DNA of 64,000 nucleotides from Octopus sinensis. Taxonomy: Eukaryota. How positions within the stretch are numbered: position 1 is the first letter of the stretch; each line of letters starts with the position of its first letter. Made by a program: the position numbers and the translations under genes. The notes beneath the pieces are model-generated. The model worked only from the letters and a program-made list of their open reading frames with translations. It ran no database searches and was not told the DNA's origin. Location: contig NC_043003.1 in assembly GCF_006345805.1 (NCBI RefSeq), positions 90,830,001 through 90,894,000 on the forward strand. Reading direction: 5' to 3'. Below are positions 49,319 to 63,589 of the stretch, one piece after another.

Positions 49319-49419
49319 TTACCTATATACAGGTACAGCAACCATGTCAGGGCCTGGTGGTTGAGCATGACGCCGTGCATGAGTTTCACAATACAATTTT
49401 GAATCCATAACAAAATATC
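49319..49419 (-). CDS. PDZ-LIM (ALP/PDLIM1-3-4 subfamily-like) last coding exon, end of LIM domain
   Basis: Acceptor tctcttttcAG at 49421-49420; (G)GYFVMDSKLYCETHARRHAQPPGPDMVAVPVYR*; phase matches the previous exon; resembles the C-terminus of vertebrate PDLIM1/3 as I recall it (YCE.HAR...PP). Confidence 0.9.
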
Positions 49420-49664
49420 CTGAAAAGAGAGAAAAAAGATGCATCAGTACCTGAATGCGTATCCCTGTGTATATATACATGCTATATCCATGTACACACG
49501 CACACAAACACACAAACACACACACACACATACATGCACAAATACATACATATAGTTAGAAATAAGTGTTTTTATATGAATAAGAAAAAGGAAGATTCAT
49601 TAAATGGAGAACTCAATACATGCACAGTCAAATATTGCCAACCTGGCATTGAGTGGTCTCATGT

Positions 49665-49827
49665 CTCATGTAAAAAGCACCCATTACACTTTTGGAGTGG
49701 TTGGCATTAGGAAGGGCATCCAGTCATAGAAACCATGCCAAATCAGATTGGAACTTGGTGTAGCCCTACAGCTTACCAGTTTCAGTAAAGCTGTCTAACC
49801 CATACCAGCATGGAAAGCAGATGCTAA

Positions 49828-49860
<33 letters not shown>

Positions 49861-49872
49861 GATGATGATGAA
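49665..49872 (+). mobile_element. SINE family B (RTE-type 3' tail, (ATG)n end), representative copy
   Basis: Other copies at 10190-10330(-), 28700-28920, 31080-31180, 31480-31700(-), 42290-42480(-), 50930-51100(-), 51520-51620 and 56200-56460. The tail is shared with the LINE 3' end at 8905-9215. Confidence 0.85.
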
Positions 49873-50198
49873 CAGTTTTTCAAGTGATGCAAATACAATC
49901 AAATCACACTTAATTACACTCTATGAAATGCCTTGATCAAGGACAGAATGCACAGCCTGGTCTAGAAATGAACTCATGATTTTATAATTATGAACCTATC
50001 ATTGTAACATCTGAGCCAGGCACTTTCATTTAATGCTACTCCCAGCCACTTAGCTGAAAACAAGCACTAGCAAGAGCAGTTGGGGGTTAATGCTGTAATG
50101 GACTAGCATTTTGTCCAGGAGAAACTGTCAAGGGTCGGGTAGAGAATGCATGATATTTCATTTTCAGTATAGAAAAGCTACCAAGATATGCTAAGTTG

Positions 50199-50290
<92 letters not shown>

Positions 50291-50401
50291 ATACATGTGC
50301 AAAATGAATATTTAGCAAGAAAATGCAAAGATGATCCTATGATAATTCACAACCAACCAAACAAACATGATGTCTGTATAGTTTTAATGCTTTTAACTTA
50401 C

Positions 50402-50487
50402 CTTTTTGCTTAAGTCCTACTGAACATGTAGTACATTTGAAACAGCCAGGATGATAAGGCACATCTTTAGCTTTCACAAACACACCA
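50402..50487 (-). CDS. PDZ-LIM internal exon (86 bp), LIM domain core
   Basis: ttttatattcAG | T GVFVKAKDVPYHPGCFKCTTCSVGLKQK G | GTAAGT; phase 2 in, phase 1 out, matching both neighbours. Confidence 0.93.
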
Positions 50488-50857
50488 CTGAATATAAAAT
50501 AAAAATAAATATTTATCAACATATTCAACAAGGCTTTCTATATTCTGATTCATGAAAATCTCTTATTTCTGATGTCTTTTTCATATTCTGAAATGAAGTA
50601 GTAAATTTTAAAAATAGGCTGAAATTTTATGCTGCAGCTAAAAGATAGTAAAAAAAATTAACAGAATATTATTTATCAGGAATGAAGTACATACACAAAT
50701 GTGAAAGGTGTGTGTGTTTAAGAGGTTTGCTTCCCAGACACTTGGTTTGGGGTTCAGTCCCACTGTACGTGACACCTTGGGCAAGTGTCTTTTACTATAG
50801 CCCTGGGTTGACCAAATCATTGTAAGTAGATTTGGTAGAGAAACTAGAGAAAGCTAT

Positions 50858-50907
<50 letters not shown>

Positions 50908-51807
50908 TGAGTGTATATATATATAATCATTTAACATCCATGTTTCATGCTGGCAAAGGTTGGACATTTCAACAGGATCTGATGTGTCCAGGGACTGCAT
51001 TGTACTCCAGTGTTTGTTTTGGTATGGTTTCTATGGTTGGATGCCCATCCTAACATCAACTACTTTACATCATATACTGGGTGCTGTTTCCATGCCACCA
51101 ACACTGAGGTTACCATGTGGCTTGCAAGATTATGAACCCTGAGGTGGTGGGGATTTTTGCCTTTGTACTAGGGATGAGGGGTTCAAGTGTGAGAGTGGGG
51201 TGCAGAGCAGGTACTTGTAGAAAAGCTGCATGGTCATTCAGTTGGGATGGGAGAGAATGATCAGTAGGAGCTGTGAAGAGACAGTGGAAATGCGGTATCT
51301 AGGTGACCCCACAAGGTACAAGGTGAGTAGAAATGGGTGGGTGGCAGTTGTGTGCAAGCGCATGTAAGTTTGTCACCTTGTTTTGACATCATAGGATATT
51401 GTTGTAAACCAGTGTCTCTATTATACAAGCAGTGTCATTCTTTTCCAATATATTCTGTAAAAACATGTTTGACCATGGACAAATATCATCTTACTAGGAA
51501 ACAAGTAAGGATTGGTGACAGGAAGGGCATCCAGCAGTAGAAAATCTTCCTCAATAAACTCCATCCAATGCATGCAAGCATGGAAAAGTGGATATTAAAA
51601 TGATGATCATGATGATGAAGCATAAGCCAATCCAAAGACAGTTGTATGTAATGCAATATTGCTGATAACTAATAGTGAGGATTTCTGAGATTGGTACAAC
51701 GCCATAGATTCAGTCTAAGTCTCAATCAAGTCAAATTATACCCATAATCTTTCTGCCATTGTGGCACTGGAATATTTTTTACCAATGTTTTCCTTTCTTC
51801 TAGATCA

Positions 51808-52226
51808 CAGTATTCCAACCTTTTCTGCCTCTAGGTACCCTTGCCAAGCCTTTCAGAAATCCACAGCACCCCTATTGGAAAATCTAATATGACAGTTGTT
51901 TTTTGATTCAACATCAATATAACAAAAGTTTGTCCATAGATAATAACAACTGTATATGAAAACTATGTCACTGGAATTGATACTAAAAATTTTTCTTTAT
52001 TTCACCAATGTTGATATAAAAAACATGAAATAGTTGACAATACAGAAATGTTATAAACAAAAATACAAAATATAAGATGACAATATATAATGTTAAAATA
52101 GTATCAAAATATATTTTTGACTCTAAATGATCAATCACAATACCACATACGCATGTATATTTCATGGCACCCCTCGGTTAATCTTGCAGCACCCCAGGGT
52201 GCCACGACACAGCATTTGGGAACCTG
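51808..52226. mobile_element. Possible hAT-type MITE
   Basis: Ends cagtattccaacc... / ...tttgggaacctg; subterminal ggcacccct motifs; TSD not identified. Confidence 0.4.
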
Positions 52227-52520
52227 CGCTCTTGTATGCATTCCAGTGTTCTTATCCCCATCCATATCTTAATATCACTTAGCCAGTCTCTGTTAATCAC
52301 TCCCTTCTTTTACATTCTATTTTTCCAAACAAGACACAGGCATGGCTGAATGGTTAAGAGCTTTGCTTTCCAACTGTGTAGTTCTGGGTTCAGTCTGTGT
52401 GGTGCCTTAGATAAGTGTCATAGCCCCAAACTGACATAAGTCTTTTGAGTAGCTTTGGTAGATGGAAACTGAAAAGAAGCTTAATGTATATATACATATG
52501 CATATACATACATCTATGTA

Positions 52521-52576
<56 letters not shown>

Positions 52577-52609
52577 ACATATGTGTGTGTGTGTGTGTGT
52601 AAGAGTGCA

Positions 52610-52945
52610 TGGCTCAGTGTGGTTAGGGCATCAAGCTTGCTTAGAATTATAAGGTTGAGAGTGTGATTCCCGGACCACACTGTGTATTGTGTTCTTGAGC
52701 AAGACACTTTATTTCACGTTGCTCCAGTTCACTCAGCTGTAGAAATTAGTTGTGATGTCACTAGTGCCAAGCTGTATCGGCCCCTTTGCCTTTCACCTTG
52801 GATAACATCAGTGGTGCAGAGAAGAGAAACTGGTATTCATGGGCAACTGCTGGTCTTCTACAAACAACTTTGCCCAGACTTGTACCTCAGAGGAAAGTTT
52901 TCTAGGTGCAATCTCACAGTCTTTTGTGACCAAAGGGGGTCCTAG
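52610..52945 (+). mobile_element. SINE family D, best copy
   Basis: ggctcagtgtggttagggc...attcccggacc head, core shared with 30680-31030. Confidence 0.7.
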
Positions 52946-53389
52946 ACATATATATATATTTGTGAATGTGCATTCATATATGTATTTGTGAATGTGCATT
53001 CATATATGTATGTGTATGTGTACCCTTGTGTAGACATCACATGATGATTGTAAATGAACATCATCGTCATTATAGACAATGCTGTTTGTTTTCAGTCTTC
53101 CATGAAAAACATGTCTAGTTATGAGAAAATATTACCTTGCTTGGAAACAGTTGGCAACAGAAAGGGCATGCAGTCATAGAAAATCTGCCTTAACAAATTC
53201 CATTTGACCCTTTCTGAACAGTAAATACAGCAGATTACAGACATGCTCTTTTCTCCCCTCACTATCATAAATGCATTGACTCAATGATTGACCAATGAAA
53301 ACCTATAACCAACAATACCATTGTTGAGAAATGGCGATATTCAATAAATAAACAATAAATAAAAATAAAAAACTATTTTTTAATATCTT

Positions 53390-53665
53390 TTAGTCAGGAG
53401 GAAAGAAAGGCAGTGTCCGTGCCCCTTGGCAGAGGTATCTCTCAGACTAGAAGGAGAGAGGGAGGAAGATACCATCAAACCAGAAACCTGGCACCAATGC
53501 TTGCAACAGTGGGGGAAAGTGCAAGTTAGTGCAAAAAATGAGGTGGTGAATTTGTACCAAAGCGTATGTAAATTGGGGGAGAAAAGATGAGTTCTGTTCC
53601 TACTGAAGATAAGTAATGGTGGACCCAGCAATGGATCAAGTCTACTACTCAAGTTGCCCATAGTT
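53390..53665. mobile_element. Unclassified retroelement-like fragment, also present at ~55250-55520
   Basis: Both give related minus-strand translations (NRTHLFSPNLHTLWYKF / NRTYLFPPNVHALWSKF). Confidence 0.5.
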
Positions 53666-53953
53666 GAGATTCGAACTCAGAACACTAAGAACTGGAACAA
53701 ATACTACAAAGCATTTGATCTGATATTCTCATTGTTCTACCAAACTACCACCTTGGATTGGTACATTTTTTATTGACCCTGAAAGGATAAAAGGCAAAGT
53801 TGGCTTTGGTAGGATTTGAACTCAAAGTGTCAGAACAAATACTATGTAGCATTCTGTCCAAAGCTCTGATGACACTGCTAATTCACAGTCATTATTTGGA
53901 TATGTACATGTATATGTATATGTCCAAGAAAGGCTTAGAAAGAAATTACTTAC

Positions 53954-54080
53954 GTAACAAGCATATCACATCCTCCACAGCGCATATGTTGAATCTGTTG
54001 TTGTTGCTTCTGAACAGCATCGAAATCAGTCTTTGGGGCACAGACTGAACGGAAACCAGAAGGCACGTCTTTGGCAATGG
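53954..54080 (-). CDS. PDZ-LIM internal exon (127 bp), SGFRSV.AP motif and first LIM cysteines
   Basis: tttcattgcAG | IAKDVPSGFRSVCAPKTDFDAVQKQQQQIQHMRCGGCDMLV(T) | GTAAGT. SGFRSV.AP just before a single C-terminal LIM is characteristic of PDLIM1-like proteins. Confidence 0.9.
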
Positions 54081-54826
54081 CTGCAATGAAACCAATTATA
54101 TTGAATGCTAAAATATTGTTGAATAACAAAATGATAAATGAATGTTTCATACTGAATGATACAAAGTTAGAACTGGTGCACGTGACTGTGTGTGTGCATA
54201 AGTAGACAGAACTATACACACACACACATAAATATTTATGTATATGTGTATATATATATATACATATACAAGAGAGATAGAAAAGTATATAGATTTAGAT
54301 GTACATATATAAGTGTATACGTAAATATATATTTATGAGTGGCTCATTAGATTCATGCACACATACATACCATGTACATAATTTAAAGTATACATTTATA
54401 AGATTATAATTAAACATATATATAATTATACACACATACACACACATATATATACTCACACATAACAGGCTTCTTTATAGTTTCCATCTAACAAATATAG
54501 AAAGGTTAGCCTGGTCAGGGTTATAGCTGAAAGCACTTGCCCAAGGTGTCATGCAGTGAGAGCTGACCAAAAAAGTCACATGGTTTCAAAGCAAATTTCT
54601 TAAACAACGGTTGCACCTGCACCTAACATTAATGGTGAAACTGGTTATAGCTTGGGTTTATATTGAAAAATACAGATACATTCGCACACACACACATATT
54701 GATATGTATAGCCAAGCTTCTACTTTGCTGCACCAAATGCTTTGTCAGTGAATTTATTAGATGGAAACTGTACAGAAGACCATTGTATATATATGTGTGT
54801 GTATATATATATGTATGTATATATAT

Positions 54827-54882
<56 letters not shown>

Positions 54883-56659
54883 CACACACGCATAAATACA
54901 TATAGTGTAAATACAATGAACAATGAAACGGACAACACAAGAATAAATTTTGATAAATATGGTATTAGCTAGAAAGAGAAAGTATCTTAATGCTGTGGAC
55001 ATTAGTTCTGTTATCGAAGAAAAGATGTGAGAAGTTTGAGGCTGTGAAAAAATTGATAAAGTGTTAGAAATTGGGTGGCAGTCCTGTTCAATGTGGGGTG
55101 GAATTAAGAAAAGAGAAAGGGACATGAGTTTAGATGTGTCCACAAATATAAAAGATGAATAGAGATGTATGTGTGTATATGCATATGCAAGTGAACAGTG
55201 TGAATGTATGGAGGAGGAGGAGTCGATGGGGGGTACATGTGTACATAAAAATTGTGTTAGAGTCTTGATGTTTAAATATTGGAATGGTGAGGAGGTGAGA
55301 TGTAGATAGTGGGGATGGTGTGAATGGGGTGAGACACAGGTAGAGTTGTGGAAGAAAAGGGGAGGGAAGTAAGAGGAATAGCTGCGTAATTCCAGAGCAG
55401 GAAGTGCAAGTTAGGAAAAGTGAGATGAGGAATTTAGACCAAAGGGCATGTACATTGGGAGGAAAAAGATAAGTTCTGTTCCCTCTGAAAGTGTGAAACA
55501 GGTAAACTACTGCCAAGTTGGATGTCCCTGAGATACATTCTGCAAACCTGTCAGCCTACACACACACACATACATAAGCATGGTTGTGTGGTTGAGAAAT
55601 TTGCTTCTTAACTTAAACAATTGGATTTGGGTTCAGCCCCACTGTTCAACACTGTGAGCCAGCATCTTCTTAGCCCTGGGCCAGTCAGAGCCTTGTGAGA
55701 GAATTCTGTGAACAGAAACTGAAAGAAGCCCATCAAATATATATATAAACACACATATATCTGTGTGGGTATGCATGTGTGAATGTTTACAAAACTACAT
55801 TGAGCTACAGGTACAATGACATCCCCATTTGCAGTTTATGTAGAAACTGTGACATCATTATTTGTAATTGGGTTGCAACTGATGAAGTTTGTTGACATTT
55901 CCTGTTAACAAAATTGTCCAATATCTCTGTACTCATGAATTCCTCTGGAATACAACTCCACAACTCAACCCCCCCCCTCCCACCAAAACAGGTAAAGAAT
56001 GGCAACAGGAAGTACATTTGGCCATAAACTTTCTGCTTTAAAATTTACTTCCACTTAAATCATACAGCACAGAGAACATGTAAAGTTGGGGCTAACAAAC
56101 TGAATGGAGTGGTACAAGATATTGTAATTAATCAACCCCAGTACAGTACAAGTACTTTATTTATTGACCTTTGACCCACTCACCTCATACCTTGAGGGAC
56201 CACCCAGACATCGCATTAACACTTTTCTATCTTTTCAGCACCAGCAATCATTCTCACCCTCTCTTCTAAAATGTGGGAAGTCACATTTAGTCCTCCATAG
56301 TAAGAAACCTACTCTACTCTTCCCCCTTCTCACATGCTTTAACTCCTCATTTCCTAGCATAAAGCCACCCATCTGCACTCCCGCTGCAGGGTTCATAGTC
56401 TTGTAAGCTGATTGGTAGCCAGCATGGAGCATGAACGTTAAATGACGATGATAATTCCAAAAGGATGAAAAGCAAAGACGACTTCTGTGAGATTTGAACA
56501 TTGAATGTAGAGAGCCAAAATGATTACCTCATAACAATTTATCCAATGCTCTACTGCCACTGCCAAATGACTCCCTTAGTAGCTAATGTCTCTGATATAG
56601 ACCAAACAAACTATGACGGCAGCCTCTTCTACTTTAACTAACAAATAAGACAAATTATC

Positions 56660-57633
56660 AAACAGTATCTTATACAAAGCATGCAATTTGTGTTACTTAA
56701 GTCCACAAGAAACTCCGGAAGAAAACCAAAACTGCCAGATAGGGACTCTCGGACTCTTACATGAATTGTTAGAAAGGCTCACAAAAGTAGAGCTCCCAAA
56801 ATTACTACAGAGCTTAATGACCACCTTGGGAACTAAGTTTTCACAAAAACTGTTCACTGGGAGCTGCACTTAGCTGGATTTCATGGGAGAGTTGCAATCA
56901 GAAAACCACTACTTTTAAAGACAAACGTTGCAAAGTGTTTAGAGTGGAGTAAAAACCTACAGAATTGGTCCCTAGAGCAGTGAAAGAATGTTATTTTCTC
57001 AGACAAGTCATCCTTTACCTTATTTCCAACCACCAGCCGAGTATACACGTGGAGACAGCCAAAGAAGCATTTGACCCAGACTGCCTTCTTCCAACTGTTA
57101 AACATGGATGGAAGATCTGTGATAATCTGGTGGGGAGGGGGTCTGTATCTTGGAAATCTGCAAGCTCAATGGTTTCCCTTCATGGCAGAATTAATAGTCA
57201 AGACTATTTAAGCATTTTATCTGATCAAATTCATCCTGTAGAACAGTTTCCAGAGGGAAATGCAATCTTTCAGGATGTTAATGCACCAATTCACACAGCT
57301 AAAGTTGTTACTGAATGGCATGAGGAATATTCTAGTGAAGTTGAACATCATATCTGGCCACCACAGTCCCCAGATATCAATATAATTGAATATTTATGGT
57401 GCATTTTAGAAAAACAAGTAAGGAGTCGATATCCTCTACCATCATCACTACAAGAAATGGAAACTGTTTTAGCCGAAGAATGGACAAAAATTCCTATGGA
57501 AACAATTCAAACTTTGTACAAGTCTATACCTCATAGAATTCAAGCTGTAATTACTGCCAAAGGTGGTCCTAACCCATATCAAAATAAATTTGTTTGAAAT
57601 TTTAAGTGTTTCCATTATTTTGTCCAATCCCTG
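56660..57633 (+). mobile_element. 5'-truncated Tc1-family transposon (DD34E), frameshifted
   Basis: RNSGRKPKL..RD HTH linker; VIFSDKSSF, FQDVNAPIHTA and WPPQSPDINIIEYLW; 3' TIR ...gtttccattattttgtccaatccctg|TA. Confidence 0.9.
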
Positions 57634-58261
57634 TATATATATATATATCTAAATTCTGTATGAATCTTTTACTCTCTCTTTCTCGTTCCTCCCTAATTCT
57701 TCAATCCCTCTGCCCCCTACATCTCTCCTCTCCTTCTATGTGACCGGTGTTTCGCCAAGCCTGACTTTTCTTTCTTGGTTCAACTACCATCCATGAAGCA
57801 TCTCCTGTATTCCTTCCCATGACTTTCATCTCCCATGTTCCTGCCATAAGGATTCACTTCCACACACGCCAGCTAAATTTAATTCGTCCTTAGTCGAAAG
57901 ACACCTGTTGTTAATGTCCTGTTGTTTGTATTTGTAATTGTGTACCATTTCTTCATTTTTACCTATCCTTGTTTTCGTATACATTCACTTGCTTTCTTCC
58001 AAAGTATCTAGAGCTCTTAGCTTAGATTTTCTTGGGGCCGGCCAGATTGGAGCAGTCTCAAGTGTAACTGGCTGAAACTGCAACAACGATCTGAAACTCG
58101 ACTTATGATAGAAAGCTCTGAATGACCTGTCCTTGTTTTTTCCTGTCTTTTTATGTATCTTCTGTCTGGATGTTTTGTTGTTGCCTGTTACATTCTTGTT
58201 CCAATTTTATTCTGTTTTTTGTATATGTACATATAGCAGCGTACATACACTTTTTGTCTCC

Positions 58262-58304
<43 letters not shown>

Positions 58305-60745
58305 CTGGCTTCTTTCAGTTTCCATCTACCAAATCCACTCACAAGGCTTTGGTCGGCCCAGGGTTATAGTAGAAGACACTTGTCCAAGGTACCATGCAGT
58401 GGGACTGAACCCAGAACCATGGGGTTGGGAAGCAAGCTTCTTACCACACAGCTGCACTGGTCATGAAATTAACATGCAAGTGGCTGAGCACTCCACAGAC
58501 AGGCATAGTTTTAATGTAGTTCTTGGGCAGATTAAGCATGACACAGAATGTGACAAGGCTGGCCTTTTAAATTACAAGTACTGCTCACTTTTACCAGTTG
58601 AGTGGATTGAAACATGTGGCCTAGTTATTAGGGTACTCGGCTCATGATTGTAAGGGCATGAGTTCAATTTCTGGTAGTACATTGTGTTCTTGAGCATGAC
58701 ATTTTATTTTGCATTATGTATCTATATAAGAAATGAATATATGACAACGATATCTACATGGAAAGGTATGAATGTTGTAGTCATGTGTCATCTTTTCAAT
58801 TATAAATTCATGACTATGTATCTTTATAAGAAATGACTAAAGGTTGTTTCTCCAGGAAAGGATATGATTCATTGTGTACAAAGCTTTAGAAGAAGGATAC
58901 AAGTATAATATTTTGTTTTAAATAGATGTTCTCAGTTTCCAAATACACACCCCACACCTACACACACACACATATATTCATTGTGTGCATGAGTGTGTAT
59001 GTGTGTGTGTATATATATATATATATAAAACAATTGTTTTTCCTAATAAATTTCTCAAACAAAACAGTTTTAAGGTCACAATTAAAACAAAATTAACTTG
59101 GTCTGAGTAGTTTATATATGAACTGCTAATGTCCTTTAGCAATCAACTATTGGAAGAAAAATGCATAAAATATCTTTAAATGCAATTATACTACAATTTT
59201 CAAATGAATTTTAACACAGTGTCTGTAAGAGAAAATGCTTGGAATGTGGTGAAACATAAGCAAAAGCCATATAAACAGGTTACAAGAAAATTGTATAGCT
59301 GTAAAAATGAAAGAAGTTTGTTAATTTTAGCAACAGGAAATCATCAAAATATTATACACAGTGTGGCAATAAAGCCACCCAGATTCATCATTCTTGATAA
59401 ACACTTGAACAGTAAATGTATGGTGTACACTGATACAAACCATGAGAATTACTAAAAGAAAATGATAACACATTAAGTACACAGAGACAGCATTACCACC
59501 TGTCTAACTTCACAAGTGAATCACAAATAGTTGTGTAAGTTATAGAACGTTTTTCTATTGCACCCTGTAATACTGGAAAATGTCCCAAGTATCAGCAGAC
59601 ATTCCAACATCGTAGAAGTTTTTATCATTGCTATGTGTATCGAGATTCCAATTTTTTTTTAATGAAGGAAGAGAAAAAAGAAAATCATAAATGTAATAAA
59701 TGTACAAGTATGTAATAATACAAAATTATAGACTAATACATAAGCAGGTGTAACATCATTTAATATCCATTTTTCCATGTTTGCATGGGTACAAAACTTG
59801 TTAAGGCAGATTTTCTATAGTTAGATGCCCCTCCTGTCACCAACTTTCATCTGTTTCCAAACTAAGTAATATTTTCCCCACAGCCAGAAAATGTTTTTCA
59901 TGGAGGACTAGAAACAAACAATATGCTTTTCTACTCTGGGCACAAGGCCCAAAATTTTGGGGGAGGAGGTTAGTCGACCCCAGTACGCAACTGCTACTTA
60001 ATTTATCGACTCTGAAAGGATGAAAGGCAAAGTTGACCTTGGCGGAATTTGAATTCAGAACATAAAGACAGATGAAATACTGCTAAGAATTTCACCCAGT
60101 GTGCTAGTGTTACTGCCATCGCCACCTTGGAAACAAACAATATTGCTTATATGATGATGAAGCTCATTTATGACCATCATGTGATGTCACAACAAAAGGA
60201 CACAAAACACTCCCTTACAAACCACACAATGGGTTTCTTTCAATTTCCATCCAGGTAGGAACAGGTGAGTGCAATGTCCATTAGTTTATGAACTTTTATG
60301 GAGGTGTGAGAAGGTTGTGTAGGTACAGGTTGAAAAAGTGCAAGTGAGAGAGCAGATCCCTGCAGTTAACCATTCAGGTAATTGCAGTTACACAATACAG
60401 GTTTGGTGACCTGACAAACAGTTTGCTTGACAACATTCTGATTTGTTTCTTAATGTTGAGTATCTTTTATGTAAGTGGATATCAAGGAATAGAGTTAATA
60501 ACTTTACTCATGTTGGTGCATGTTATAATGGTATGTGTGGAACAATTTTGTGTTATTAAAGCCTCCATGTATTTTCTGTGTGGTTGAGTTTAGTGGTCTA
60601 ACTCTATCAATGAGATTTGAAGAGTGGGATGTGTGGGTTAGATAAGTCAAATATTAGCTTATCTAGAATTTTGAGGGCGCAGATAGGAAGATAAACTTGT
60701 ATCTGTTGTATGCATATGTTTCTGCACATATGCACACACATCCAT

Positions 60746-60793
<48 letters not shown>

Positions 60794-62621
60794 CACATAT
60801 GCCTACATACACACGTGTGTATATATATATATGCACACATACAATGTATTTATATTTCTCGAGAGAAGCAACAGGATTCTCTAAACAGTAAATGTTTGTC
60901 TGGCAGCCTGGTCTAGACAGTCCATAAATAGTTGAATGTTTTAAAACTTTCAACAACTTTCATCAAATTATCTCATTCTCAAATCAGGATACCAACTCTC
61001 TAATAAACATTCTAACTCAAACTTCCTTATATCTAGAAGAGAGAGAGGACATATTTTAGTTCTGACACTATTTCCATAGCAATGAGGGCTGAGTTTTCCA
61101 TAACCCATTGAGTGATTGTGGAACCATTTTGAGAATTACCGTATTTTGTGGTATGGAGATGCATATTTTGTAAAAGAAAATATAGATACAACACTGACGG
61201 TCTGGAACTTCTAATAATTCACACTAAAATACAAGCAAGAACTTCCAATTCCAGCAGCTACCAGTCTAGTTTACTAGGTGTCCTTTGTTTCACAGTACCT
61301 TGCAATGATAAACATGAAATGCTGTCCATCTGTCTGTCCTGGACCCTTGTATCTCAGTCTACATTTGTTCTACATAGACATATATATTTTTGGAATCAGG
61401 ATGATCCCAGGATTGAAATTTTGCCCTTCATTTGGTTCTTGAACATCCAGCATTGGGATCAGATCTCGATGAGGATTTGTTATATGCTAACAGTTGAAAA
61501 TTCAAATTTTTTTTTAAAATCCCAAAATTTGTGAACTCACAAGTTTTTCATTTAAACTGAATTTAAAGTAATATGATATTAGTAGGGTACCAACAAATGC
61601 TTTATTATTATTACTCTCTTTAGTTTTGGGCCACAGGCCCAATTAGCCCCCTGCAGGAGTTAGCTTAAAAGCCTGCACAGAGTGAGGTTTTTAAGCTGAT
61701 TTAAACTAATGCACAGGTACCTGTAGGTAATTTAATTAAATAAATATAATATCTGTTTAATTTGAGGTGAAAAATCAGTAGTCCAGAAAAGTTTTGGAAC
61801 AGAAGGCTTCAGAAAATCGATGTTGTATCTGTACCTTGAAAATTACCATGAGCACTCCAAAATTCTTTTTGAGAAGTTACTGTGGTTTTCCTAAATCATC
61901 AGGGTGTTTGTCAGCAGTTTTGTTTGGGCACCAGTAGGTAGATGTGGTATGATCATCATTGTGTGTTGTAGGAATAATCCAAGCATAGTTAAAGGAAAGA
62001 GTATAGTGTTGTGTACTATGATGATATCTGGTAGTAAATCACCAATTAAATATATTGTTGGGCAATAATTTCCTGGTTATGGCATTATAACTGGCCAGAA
62101 TATTACCACCAGTTTCATGCCACATATTGCACCCATGCAATATGACCACTTTTCCAGCAAGTATAACTGTAAAGTTGTCAATATTGCCCAGATACAATAG
62201 TTGGGGTGCAAAGCCAAAGGTAACATTTTGGTCAGTTATATGCTATAACCAATAATAATATACTGCTTGACTACATGCACACACACATATATATACAACC
62301 ACTATATGACTCAAATTGAATCTGCTTTTCTTATAACAGATGGACAGCTGATGATTATATACATATATGGAACCACAGGCAAGTGTCTTCCATAACATCA
62401 AATTGATCAATGCCTTGGCAATGAAACTGGTAAATGGAAACAGCATAGGAGCATATGGGATAGGTGTGAGTGCATATGCATGTATGCTTATTTCCATGAG
62501 TCTTCAAATGACACCATTTAGGCAACAGTGCAAAGAACACAAAAGTTGGTGGTAGGAAGGTATCATACCTTAGAATACTGCCAAGAAGTTTTGTCCAATA
62601 ATAATAATAATGATGATGATA

Positions 62622-62674
<53 letters not shown>

Positions 62675-62749
62675 AGCTGTATACCAGACTAAACATTTAG
62701 ACATTTAATTCTACTGACTTTAAAACAATGACTACAATATTGATAAAAC

Positions 62750-62798
<49 letters not shown>

Positions 62799-62802
<4 letters not shown>

Positions 62803-62990
62803 AACACCAGGACTTACAAACACATATAACATACAGAAAATTGCACTACTAGGCACTGCACACATCCTATGCAGAACACTTTCCATACAATAACCATCAG
62901 AGCATCACAACAAATCACAGCACATACCCAAGGCACACAGAGCTGCACTCGGTAGTGAAGTGAAAGCACACTAAAAATAAAACTACTGAA
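62799..62990 (+). mobile_element. 3' end of an R4/Dong-like non-LTR element embedded in (TAA)n
   Basis: NIQKIALLGTAHILCRTLSIQ* C-terminus, a short 3' UTR, and (AAT)n on both flanks. Confidence 0.7.
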
Positions 62991-63589
62991 TAATAATAAT
63001 AATAATTATTATTATTATTATTATTATTATTATTTCCCATTTTGGTCAACAACTTATTTCAAGGGGAGGGGAGGGGGATGTCAATTTCAGTACCTGACTG
63101 GTATGTTATTTCATTGACTTCCAAAGGAAAAATGGTACAGTTGACCTCATAGAATTTGAACTCAGAATGTACAGAACTGGAAGACGTGCTGCTAAGCATT
63201 TAGTCTAACATGCTATTGACTCTGCCAGCTCACTTCCTTAACGATAATAATAATAATAGTAATAGTAGTAGTAGTAATCCTTTCTACTAGAGGCACAAGA
63301 CCTGAAATTACAGGTGAATGGGTAAGTCAATTACAGCAAATCTAGTGCTCAACAGGTACTTAGTTTATTGACCCTGAAAGAAGGAAAGGCAAAGTCAACC
63401 TCAGCAGAATTTGAACTTAAAATGTAAAGAACCAGAGAAAATATCACAAAGAATTTTGTCTGATGTGCTAATGATTCTGCTAGCTCACTGCAATAATAAT
63501 AATAATAATATAATAATAATAATAATAATAATAATAAAATAATAATAATAATAATATAATAATAACAACAACAACAACAACAATAATAG

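Noticed and set aside
57725-57800. Minus-strand CCAAG...CTTGG-C-GAAA-CACCGG-TC, resembling the 3' half of a hammerhead
   Set aside because: The 5' core differs at 3 of 7 positions and stem I does not pair; at best a heavily decayed remnant.
61148-61534. 128-aa plus-strand ORF and a minus-strand exon candidate (61290-61490)
   Set aside because: No recognisable domain; the minus-strand candidate has stops in all three frames between its splice sites.
61870-61910. Minus-strand CTGATGA-tttag-GAAA
   Set aside because: No stem II and no stem I pairing.
62970-62980. MEF2-like site CTAAAAATAA in the intron of a muscle Z-disc-type gene
   Set aside because: It lies inside a retroelement 3' UTR in AT-rich DNA and is expected by chance.
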